DNA of 64,000 nucleotides from Tubulanus polymorphus. Its lineage: Eukaryota; Animalia; Nemertea. The notes beneath the pieces are model-generated. The model saw only the letters and a program-made list of their open reading frames with translations, made no database searches and had not been told where the DNA came from. Numbering within the stretch: the first letter of the stretch is position 1; every line of letters begins with the position of its first letter. This document shows positions 15,266 to 36,140 of this stretch, one piece after another. The translations under genes were made by a program, and so were the position numbers. The stretch is from assembly GCF_964204645.1 (NCBI RefSeq), contig NC_134026.1:29360150-29424149 (forward strand). The letters are read 5' to 3'.

Positions 15266-15337
15266 CTTTTAAACCCAATCTGTCCATTGATATTTTCTTC
15301 TCTTTTAAACCCAATATGTCCATTGATATTTTCTTCT
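15266..15337. repeat. Tandem duplication of about 36 bp just downstream of the TRPV-like stop codon
   Basis: CTTTTAAACCCAAT(C/A)TGTCCATTGATATTTTCTTCT occurs twice in tandem. Confidence 0.85.
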
Positions 15338-15349
15338 AATCAAATATGA

Positions 15350-17188
15350 TTATATCTTGATATGTGACGTTTCCATACATTTATCATTTGACACTGCAGT
15401 TTCCACGCGAACGATTACCGGGAAATCCTTTTCGAAAAACGGAATTTGCGGCAATCTTAGAATTGCTTTAATGAATTGATTCCACGTGACGCCGTTAATG
15501 TGAATACGTATTTGAGTTATAGCTAAAATCGTATCTCTAATTTCGTTATTATTAGCGTGAACATCGGCCATGACAGCGATCAGAAAATTCAGTAGAGTTA
15601 CAGCTAAAATGAATACAATTTCAATACGGTAAGTACTGAGTAGTCGCTCCTGCGCCTCGTCAAGTTCAAATTCAGAGAAATCAGCCATGCTAGTGAAAAC
15701 ATCAAACACCTTCATAAATACATCCCAACTTCTCAAATGACAAATTTCAAGACCGATCAAAACCGAAGCCAAGCATATAGTATAAATACCGAATACTAAC
15801 CCGAATACTAAACCGAATCTGTACAAGGCTTTCAGAATACTCTGTAAGCTGATGAAAAAGAAGCCAAAAACTGGCATCGCTTGCAAAAGATCGCAAACGT
15901 GATAAATGAACAACGGAGTGAAAGTCAAATAGATCCAGACAATACGAATTGGTACCGGGCGCTCTATATAAATAGAGCTGCCAAATGTAAATATAGTCAT
16001 ACATATATCATTTATGATTTCCGAAATGTTAAAACTTACAGCCGAAGATATATTTGAACGTCGTAGAAATTTGCTTTTTGCCCACGATATTAAAAGCAGA
16101 ACGGACAAATACAACTTCAAACAAGCTTTTATCCAGATACCGAAACAAAACAGCATAGCCAGTCCTCTCAGAGCGTCGCGAGTTGTTTTGTTGAATGCGG
16201 GAATCTCATCTGTACAATTTCTGAGAGAATAATTTTCTGATTTGTTTACATGGTGTGTTAGTGGTTCGTTAAGATGGGCGTGTCGCCCCGAGAATCTCAC
16301 GTATGGTATCGTCACAAATACGAACAAGAAAATCATACGAATCAGACAACTGATAATGTACGGGAATCGATTGCGATTCTGCAACAACCTGCGCCATTCT
16401 TTGATAACCGGATGATTAAGAATATTCGTCTTGTGAACTTTGATAAGAACGCGTCGATCCGATATGTAGCCTAGAAAATACATGGGTGTCTTGCAGCATC
16501 GGTTTCCATTTATCGGATCATAACTCGTCAAGTCGTACATACGTTTATTATACAGTCCATAATTACCGGGTTGTTCGTAATAAACACCTTCTACGTCTAA
16601 AATTCTGCTCAATATGAGAAACGTGTTACAAGCAGCTGCCCATTCCAGCGGGTTTATACCATCGTTATTCTGCCGCAGTAAAAGCTGTTTTCTGGTCGAA
16701 ACGTTACCGATAAAATTGATGATTTTGTCGAAAACGATGGCCATTTCTTTTTCATCTTCTTCGCTACGTTTCGCTACGGATATGATCACGTGAATGATAC
16801 TGTCGCCGTTTGTTTTGTCGCGGTAGAAAATATCGACATCATTTTCGAGTAGAATATCGAGCACGTTTAAAGCGCTAAACGAACACGCTACCACTAGGGG
16901 GCACCAGCCGACGATAGGCAAATTCGACGCATCTTCCGGTACCTCGAAATCGACATTTACAAGGCTATTGGTTTTTGTATCTTGTGAATTGAGAATTTCT
17001 TGCACAACGTCGCAATCATCTACTGATATCGCGTGGTAGAACTGTCTCAACATCGCACTCCATTTTGAATCGTGTATCTTTTCGCATTCCGTAAACATCG
17101 ATATCTTAAGCTCCGACATCTCATCGACTAAGACTGGTTTTTTCGTTTTGTTCATTATTTTAGAGCGTAGAAATTTCCAAACCGACAT
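15350..17188 (-). CDS. TRPV-like ankyrin-repeat cation channel, divergent, single coding exon, 612 aa
   Basis: Ankyrin-like motifs (GWCPLVVA, GDSIIHVI, NNDGINPLEWAA); YGLYNKRMYDLTSYD matches the TRPV YGP..SLYDLS.ID motif; about 6 hydrophobic segments; S6 LLNFLIAVMAD matches TRPV LNLLIAMMGD. Confidence 0.8.
   Translation of the reverse strand: MSVWKFLRSKIMNKTKKPVLVDEMSELKISMFTECEKIHDSKWSAMLRQFYHAISVDDCDVVQEILNSQDTKTNSLVNVDFEVPEDASNLPIVGWCPLVVACSFSALNVLDILLENDVDIFYRDKTNGDSIIHVIISVAKRSEEDEKEMAIVFDKIINFIGNVSTRKQLLLRQNNDGINPLEWAAACNTFLILSRILDVEGVYYEQPGNYGLYNKRMYDLTSYDPINGNRCCKTPMYFLGYISDRRVLIKVHKTNILNHPVIKEWRRLLQNRNRFPYIISCLIRMIFLFVFVTIPYVRFSGRHAHLNEPLTHHVNKSENYSLRNCTDEIPAFNKTTRDALRGLAMLFCFGIWIKACLKLYLSVLLLISWAKSKFLRRSNISSAVSFNISEIINDICMTIFTFGSSIYIERPVPIRIVWIYLTFTPLFIYHVCDLLQAMPVFGFFFISLQSILKALYRFGLVFGLVFGIYTICLASVLIGLEICHLRSWDVFMKVFDVFTSMADFSEFELDEAQERLLSTYRIEIVFILAVTLLNFLIAVMADVHANNNEIRDTILAITQIRIHINGVTWNQFIKAILRLPQIPFFEKDFPVIVRVETAVSNDKCMETSHIKI
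16891..16904 (+). promoter_or_regulatory. Candidate CTCF site inside the TRPV-like CDS
   Basis: CCACTAGGGGGCAC matches the CTCF core consensus; motif match only. Confidence 0.3.
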
Positions 17189-18043
17189 TTCAAGTTCGAT
17201 GTTCTATTACTGATGTTGAGAGAAGTTTCTCCAACGAGTGCGCTCGACACGGGATATCCAGTTGATCTATTTGATTAGACCTTTCAGAATGAGACTGTTT
17301 GGCGATAATTCGTTTGAAATCAGCGGTAGTTCAATCTCTGCAACTGACAGCATTGACGACACTGTATGATTTACATACGAAATAAATACCGAATTAATGT
17401 CCTGCTCTCAATTCCGACTAACTTCCCATATAATTAACTCCATCCTAATGTTGTAATGCTTTCTCCTTGATGGCGATAATAGGACTAATAGAACTCATAA
17501 AATCTTCGTAATATGTACCTGGATACAGGACACGGATTATTCTATTCTAATTGATGCGTCTCTCGTCGTGATTTTTAAAAGACTCATTAAGTCGTAATAT
17601 ACCCGAGCATCTATATTTTGATGATTCACAGAAATAAGAAATATGATATACCGGTACTTTCACTTAGTCAAATCTGAGTTTTGGTCATGTTGGATGTCAC
17701 TATATTGATGGGCTGGTGACAAATGATTTAATCATTTTGGTCTTGTAAAGTGACTACTTTACTTTAAATTATGACGCCCGTCGACCTCTACTGTCGATCC
17801 GATGAAATGCCTCCGTTTGTATGTGAATTATCTCAACGATTTTAAAATAATAAGCAACAGTTGTTTTGTATTTTGCACTGTCGGATCACGGTTTCCCAAG
17901 ACTAACACTATTGGATTAGTCATTTAACCTCACGATTTCTTTATTGATGCGTCTCTAAAAACTATCCTTCTGAAATAAAGCTTCATCGCTGATGAAAACA
18001 ATGCATGAATGAAACGACATTTTCTATGAAAATAACATCGCTA

Positions 18044-18231
18044 CTCGCATGCCACAGTAGGAATGTAAAACTTAACCGTTACGTGCTGCCCCTAAATGTA
18101 ACGTAGGCGGCGAAAATGCAAACTAACTTATCACTCGCATGCCACAGTCGGAAATTAACCGTTATCTGTTAGTTCACATATTTACCGTCAATGTAATTGT
18201 TAGAGGCAGCACTTAACGGTCAAAATCCGAC
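18044..18231. mobile_element. Degenerate foldback/MITE-like element
   Basis: CTTAACCGTTACGTGCTGCCCCTAA (near 18071) is the imperfect reverse complement of TTAGAGGCAGCACTTAACGGTCAA (near 18200); ACTCGCATGCCACAGT occurs twice as a direct repeat. Confidence 0.55.
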
Positions 18232-18829
18232 AATATTCTGGCGGCTAGGTTCCATGGTGAAGGAATTTTGAAAAACACTACTGACACACCAAACTGCAGC
18301 AATTGTTTAATTATATTTTGATAAGTAAAAAAGAGAATTTAAATCAATAATTTTCTGTAGATGATACAGTCGAGTAAGGTAGAGTTTATGCGTTCATTAT
18401 AAATGGCACACTCACTCGTGAGGATGTTTTTTCTTTCATTTTCATTCTTTCGTTTCAAGTTTTATTCTGTGATATAGTATTTCACGACGTTTCATTGTGG
18501 TTTCCTCAGCCGACAGCTATACGCGACACGCATCCGGTGTTTAATTCGCAATTCGAACCTATCTATTCAAATTCGAAAAATGTTCTTTTCAATTTCGTGT
18601 TAGAATAACACGCGAATTTTGAGACAATGACATCAGTTTTTTGGCCAATGATCTGACATCCCTATCGCGTGCCAGTGATTTGGTTAACCTTGACGGAACA
18701 TTGTCAGCGCATTGTTCGAGAACTTTTTCTCTGCTGCAACCGCTGGCAGGGGAAACACCTTGTCGGAATAAGATATTCTCACGATGTAAGCTAAATTTGC
18801 CGAGTTGGGAACGCTTTAACGCATCACGA

Positions 18830-19813
18830 ATGGCAGGAAACACTACGGCGTACGTAGGTCCGCGACCATTCTACGTTTATGTAAATCTAATCCAACAACC
18901 ACGTGATGATTCGACAGCATTCTCTCGCTGGTTACAACTCACGACGCAACCGCCAATACTGATCTTGGGATTTTTCGGAAATACGATGAGCTTTTTTGTG
19001 ATGATTTCCAAAAGATTTCGCTGTCATTCCTACGCTTCGTACTTGGCGGCGTTGGCAATTTACGATAATTTCGTATTGATAACGTATGGTTTACCGTTTT
19101 TCAATTATCTAACTTATCCACGCAGTGACACTATTGTATTTAGGTCTTATTGGTCGTGTGCATTAGGCGAACTATTTGGTTCGATGACCGATATGACCAG
19201 CTCATTATTCATCGTATTTATAACAAGTGAGAGATTGTTGATTGTTGCAGTACCGCTAAAAGCTAAACGTATCGCTACTCCATTCTTTGCCCGGTGTGTT
19301 TGTGTTGGATTGAGCGTGTTCATGTTTTTAATATCGACCTATGTATTTTTCATCGTTGATTATATCCCGAATGCCGGCTGCGTTATGATCTCGCAAGCGT
19401 CTGAAAAAGCGTTTTATTCGTTGACGCCAATATTTTGCGTACACGTGCCTTGTTTATTAGTCATAATAATGAATGTTCTAATTGTATCAATTCTATTTCG
19501 TCGGCGTAATTTCGGAGCCAGTGATTCTAAAGACGCCAGTACACGTAAGGCAACTATTGTAGTTGTAAGCGTGTCGGTCACGTTCGTTTGTTTGGCCCTA
19601 CCTATCGGCACTATCGGTTCTTCTATAGGGGCTCTTACGAGTGATCAAAAATCTATAGTTCAAGTTTACAGTATCGTGACTGCTTTTTATTCGGCTAATA
19701 GTTCTGTTAATTTCTATATTTATCTTTTAAGTGGCGCAGAAGTTCGTAGGTACCTTCTAGAAAGGCTGAAGGCAGCATGTTGTTTTTGTTATCCGTCGTC
19801 ATTACGGATTTAA
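18830..19813 (+). CDS. Orphan class A peptide-type GPCR (FMRFamide-receptor-like/Srw-like expansion), single coding exon, 327 aa from first ATG
   Basis: GFFGN in TM1, LAALAIYD in TM2, ERL..V..PLKA replacing DRY, TM7 NSSVNFYIY (NFxxY). The ORF-track start at 18641 is TTG; the first in-frame ATG is 18830 (MAGNTT, with an N-glycosylation sequon). Confidence 0.85.
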   Translation: MAGNTTAYVGPRPFYVYVNLIQQPRDDSTAFSRWLQLTTQPPILILGFFGNTMSFFVMISKRFRCHSYASYLAALAIYDNFVLITYGLPFFNYLTYPRSDTIVFRSYWSCALGELFGSMTDMTSSLFIVFITSERLLIVAVPLKAKRIATPFFARCVCVGLSVFMFLISTYVFFIVDYIPNAGCVMISQASEKAFYSLTPIFCVHVPCLLVIIMNVLIVSILFRRRNFGASDSKDASTRKATIVVVSVSVTFVCLALPIGTIGSSIGALTSDQKSIVQVYSIVTAFYSANSSVNFYIYLLSGAEVRRYLLERLKAACCFCYPSSLRI

Positions 19814-20601
19814 CTTGAATCCAAAATGATAAGATTTTTTTTTTAACCGAGATTTATCATTTTGGCGTCATGTGGAATCGTGTAATAGACTCGACCAAGA
19901 AAGAACTGCTGATTTGATTAAGGAAAAAATTACAAAAGACATAAATCATATACAGAAAACTCTATATTCTCTAATGTATCTCATCGATATTCGAACACAT
20001 AGCAACTCGATCAACAAACACTCTTTCAATTCAAATCCATCATATCTCAGCAATGCATATGATTTAAGTAAGATATACATTTATATCCAATTCCCTTCTT
20101 TTTGGCCTACTTGGAATAGGCCTAGTCAATATCACAGCAACTAATAAATAATAGTATTTACAATCAAGTTGTGGAGCTACACTGATTAATAAGTCCCTGG
20201 GTAAGTGTTGTACTATAGTGGCTTAGAATTTCAGGCATTTTATATATATATATATGTATATAGATCTGAGTATACTAACCAGTCAAAACATCTTAATACT
20301 TAAACATTTATCATCAATTGATTAACTGATATTACAAGTTTATATTCACCTATTAGTTCATACTAATATATATACTTTATATTCACATATTAGTTCATAC
20401 TCAAAACATTACTAATTATGTAGATGGTGAATTTACGGTAGGATATATATTGAATTCAAAATTAGAAATTTGGAAAAATTAACTCTTCAAAACAGGTCCA
20501 AGATACCCCGAATCGAAAAATACATTTGAGAAAACCCCGAATGAACAAATAGATTTAAGAAATTAAAGTCTATGATAAGAGTTGTAGCTTGTTTTGGAAC
20601 T

Positions 20602-23241
20602 TTATTTATCTCCGTGGTGCTTCAATTCTTCATCAAACATATGCAAACCAACTCCGCATCCGAGACGAGTCAGTTTTGTCACCATGTTTGAGAGTTCTTC
20701 GATCGACTCGTATTGTTCGGTGAGAAACTCGCTTTCTATGAAATCTTGAAGCTAAAGTGAATAATATAGATGTCTATAGTACGTGAGATCGAACGGTCAG
20801 ACAATAATTAGCGGAACTGTTGTCGTCATATTCCGATGTCCAAAAGGTATAAATTCTTTATCAGTTTAAGACTCAGACAACAGTGATAACTACCTACGTC
20901 TATATCGATTGTGTACACTGAAATATTTCAATACTTACGTTTGCATCGTCATTATCTGCACCACATTTGTGAACTGCCTTCAGTTTTTCTAGTACAACTT
21001 TCTCAAGATCCAGAGCCTGTTTTGTAGCTTCCAAAGCACCGAACCAATCGCCATTCTTTACCTAAATGAGATATGTGATCATAATAACATTTCTAATCAA
21101 TGTGAATTTTCTTGGGCAAAGGCAGAAAAAATCGAATTCTCGACCATTACGTAGTCTTCCGAATAAGAATAGGTTGGTAGATATTAATTAACTCTAACCT
21201 GTGAAGGTAATTCATTTTGAGTGGTTGATTTTACTATTCCACCTCGTCTGTTCTGATAATCCATGAACTTCTTAGCGTGTCCTCTTTCTTCGTCGGATGA
21301 TGCCTTGAAGAACTGTTCAAATCCTCGTAAACTCACATCGAAACGCTTGAAGTATGCTGCCTATAGAAATCAACATTTCATAGATTATTTCGCCGACCCA
21401 TGTTTAGCAATTTTGGATCTTTAATTCAACGTAGATATCAATCTTACCATCGATAAGTAGATATCACTGGCTTTCAATTCTTCGTGGATCTGTTCGTTTA
21501 TCTTTTGTTCGCATGCAAATCTGGGAGGTCCATTTAATCGGGAACCTAATGAAACGAAAATCCAGAATCTTTGTTTTATAATACAGTTCGGCTAAACATA
21601 TATTTGATTTTTTCTATACTTGATCGACTTTCATATGTGTTTCTGTAAATAAGGTAAAATGGATAGTCAAATTCAAATTCGAATAAGATTAAGATTTGTA
21701 ATAAATCTAAGCTAACACGTATAATGTAACACATACCGTGTTCATCGTGATCATGTTCCACTGAGGCAAATAAAATAGTTAGCAAATCACTGTATCATTG
21801 TTATATTTCACAAAGCAAATTAAACATAAGGATATCAAAGATACAGTTATATTGGGTTTATAAACATGCATTTTAGTTAAGCTGGAGTGCAAAATGAGGA
21901 AAATGATAAACAAGTGAGAAGGGAGATGCGATGGGTGACGATGATGAAGTAAATGATGAAAGTAGATAGGGGATGAATATATTACCACGTGGACAAGAAC
22001 CTGAAATGATTGGTACAACTTTATCAACCTAAAACAATCGACCGAAATAAGATGCTAAGTTCCGTTAATCTATAAAATTGTCTAACGAAATTCATATCTT
22101 CAATAGATAATGATTTAATTCAGAAAGATTACACAAAATATCCCGTCTATATTTTATGGTAAGTTATTGTCAAATTTAGAAATGAACATACCAGATTTTT
22201 TACATGGTGGAAATGCGCACCAATCATTATTTATAATAGTATTCTGTGCATCTTCATTGTTATTACTACCTGTATCTAATAAGGAAAATTATAATGAAAA
22301 ATAAATTGACCACAAAATAAAATCTCATTGATTATTTATCATAGTTCATGTATCGAATTGATGAACTGAAGAGGCGTTCTTTCTTACCGATATTACTGTT
22401 AACATCAAACGTTTCAAAACGTTCCTCGTCAAAATCCTCACCAACACTCGTCACTCCGTACGTACAACAAACCAATATTATAACCAAAAATGAAACTCGC
22501 TTCATGATTGCAGCCACCATCACCTCAAAAACCCGTCTAATTAGCATAAAAAACAGCTGATAAGCACGGCCAGAATAAAGAACCCATGGTATATTTGACG
22601 ACAACTTTAAAGTATCAAATCTCGAAAAGTATAAAATATTTTTGTTTTAGAAAAAAATTCAGTAATATAATAACCTATATCGATAGTGTAAGAGACGTAT
22701 CTATTCCAAGCATTCCCTTGCAAACTTGTGAAAAGTAAAGATGATCACATAGAGACTGAGAGAATTGACAGAGATCACGTACCTGTTACACATCGATATG
22801 TACTCAGTTCTAAATTATAATCATCATAAAGGGTTCAGTCCAAAGATCTCTTCTCACATATAGCGTTATATACTAATCAGCTGTTTGAAACAATAAAAGG
22901 CCATGACATCCGGCAGTATCTAACCTACATAAGATAGTTGATAAACAACTAACCGGATTTATACTGAAGTTGCGTAATTTCAACGCGCAATACATATTAG
23001 TGTACGTACGAAGATATCATTTTCGAGAAAAAGCAAAATCCTCTTAAAAATGTGCAATAAAGAAGACGAAATGAGATGATGAGATGAAGGAAAAACAAGC
23101 AGGGGGGTTTTATAATCTATATATACAAGTAAAAACTGTGTCGCATTTAAAATTCAAGAACTTGTTACTCTTACCTGGTGGACAGGTTGCCAAAGTAGCA
23201 GCTACAGTGCCGAATATTACGAGAACCATAAATTTCTCCAT
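20602..23241 (-). CDS. Secreted ferritin (H-type ferroxidase residues intact). Core exons 21448-21545, 21199-21360, 20939-21061, 20602-20751; first exon A 23175-23241; first exon B 22388-22505; small exons 22783-22809, 22192-22275, 21986-22000, 21737-21760
   Basis: Spliced core reads [22 protein letters not shown] / [41 protein letters not shown] / [12 protein letters not shown] / [43 protein letters not shown]; all junctions GT-AG and in phase. Core identity is strong; N-terminal exon usage is predicted. Confidence 0.92.
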
Positions 23242-23308
23242 CTCTTCTGTTGTTGCAGATTTCCACTCTTTTCGAACAAATCTTAGATGAATTGCCGGAG
23301 AACTGAGA

Positions 23309-23316
23309 ATTTATAG
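23309..23316 (-). promoter_or_regulatory. Candidate TATA box for ferritin first exon A
   Basis: Minus-strand CTATAAAT about 70 bp upstream of the ATG at 23241. Confidence 0.45.
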
Positions 23317-24423
23317 CCTTATCTCGTGATAAGCCTCGAGCATGTACGCCCTCTATCGGTAATTAGAGGTTGCGTCGGGGGTAAAGTACAGATTAGAAAC
23401 AGTATGACTTCCAGACTATGACACGATCGTTCCGTGATTCAACAGATAATAACACAATACGTGAATAACCAAGCCTGTTTAATCTTACCTACCTCTTACT
23501 GATATCACGCTGTGTCTTACCGTTTGATTAATTAGGAAAGGAAACCAGCCTGGATCCATACAGCAGGCGTTTATTCGATCGGATTATAGACCGTTTTTAG
23601 AGTTGTTTAATTATTGACGTTTTCTTATAATGATTAGCTTATCTCTTGAAAGAAATGTCGTGTAGCCGTAATTTATTTCACGATAAGACCAATGAAAACA
23701 GTTAGAAAATAAAACAAATGTTGTCGAATGATCCTCTCGCTAGCTTTCCTCATACTATCCTCACCACGCTCTCATCTCCCATAGTTTACAAAACGTATTT
23801 TGATGTGAGACAACTTTTATTCAACTGACATTTATTTTTGGGAAAGAACATACATATACATGCATATTAAAATACGTATACAGAAAATCACAGCACCTTG
23901 ATCACTTCGCCCGATATGAAGTAAGGAATTTATACTCAATATATGTATCACAGAAATACTGCAACTGACCTAGATATTCGACCGCATATTTGGTCAGTTT
24001 CCTATCTAATGTTTTAAGCTTTCTTTAAGAAATTATGATTTGGTATGTACTCTCGAAGCGAGCTTGGATTACACTTTACGGAACTTATTATGAACAGACT
24101 TTTGATTTTACTAAATCCTAGATTGAAATACATGTACCACCCGTATATATCTAAAATGCCATTGAACATCAAATTCATAATCAATTACGTATTAACTATC
24201 CATCTAATATAGATGATAGCTTGATTATAGATCGAAGATTTATCAAATTATGTGAACTCAAAATACAATTCTCATACCATGGACGTCTATTTGATACGTC
24301 CATGCTCACACCTACTATCAGTGTTACGTATATGAAACAAGAAGACACGTAATATTTCACTTCGTAAATTTTTTAAGTTTAGTCTTACACACTTATGAAA
24401 AAGTGGTTATGAAAATTATCCAA

Positions 24424-24521
24424 GGTCCAGTTGCACAATGTCTCGAATTAAATCATGAGACTGGAAGTGAAATAGAACCAAATGAGCTTTATAGCTAAGC
24501 CTTAGCTGTGCAACTGTTCCC
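24424..24521. mobile_element. Short MITE-like element
   Basis: Terminal inverted repeats GGTCCAGTTGCACA ... TGTGCAACTGTTCC; related ends at 46822-46971. Confidence 0.6.
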
Positions 24522-25582
24522 TGAATTACAACGCATTTTTAGAATATTTTGATATTGTATACACCGACCCCTGCTTCGATAATACTGATATATCGATATA
24601 ATCAATTATTGATTCAGTGATTAGTCATATTATAAAAGTACAGTCATGTAAAACCATTAAAGTTTTTAGATATAAAATATGGCCACATTAAAGACACAAA
24701 AAGCAGCATCGAAAATTACAGCAATAACTAATAAATCACTCCATTTAATCACTGAAATGAGATAGATTCCCAGTTAGATCTACTCCAAATCTACACTAAC
24801 CCGAGACAGTTATAAAAAGAAAATCTACGCCAAACGCTCCTTACGTAGTTTGTAATTTTCGCCTATTCATACAAAATTTTTCTCAAATTCACTTATCAGT
24901 AACCGCAGTTTCCACATACTTAGAAGAATTCAATCTCTCGGAAAAGCGAATAACGTTTTAAAAATACATCGCATTGACCCGTTGATCCAATGGGGCTCGC
25001 ATTGCGCGAATCACCCGAATAAAATCATGTATTATTCATAAACGAGGCATTTATGTCATTCTAACAGCAACCAGTAAATAGAAATCTGTGACATCAATAC
25101 GAGAACACAAGTATCCCCGTAATGCAAAAAGAAAAAGTATCGCCTTGCGAACGATGATAAAGCTGCATAATACCGAGAACCCTACTCGCTGACATAAACG
25201 AACCACAAAATATCAAACAAGCTTAGTGCGGTAAAAACTAGATAGCTCTGTTATCACTCTATCCTAACGACAGACCCCGAAAATGCCCAACACTGCTTCG
25301 ATACACGTTTAGCACGTGGCTCGATTTGCAATGCGACCAATAGCGAATGAAATTCGACGGTGGTATAAAATATGAAATCAATTTTTTGCTTTCTCGTTCG
25401 GTTGTGTTTCTCTAGTTTAACCATCAATGTATACATCATGTAATCTCATCTCGCATTCCGACTGATCAACCAAGTCTTATTGGTTTCCTATTCCCCTTAC
25501 ATGAAAATGGGCTCACAAAACAAATTTGTTCTTTTCGTTAGCAAGAGCTTATAATTACAGATTTCGTGCATGTAGTTGGGCT

Positions 25583-36140
<10,558 letters not shown>

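Noticed and set aside
18641-18829. 63-aa N-terminal extension of the orphan GPCR
   Set aside because: Begins at TTG; eukaryotic initiation is more plausible at ATG 18830, although an upstream exon cannot be excluded.
21779-22027. His-rich ORF ([15 protein letters not shown]) within the ferritin locus
   Set aside because: TTG start and intronic position; the His codons come from the TCAT/YCAY cluster.
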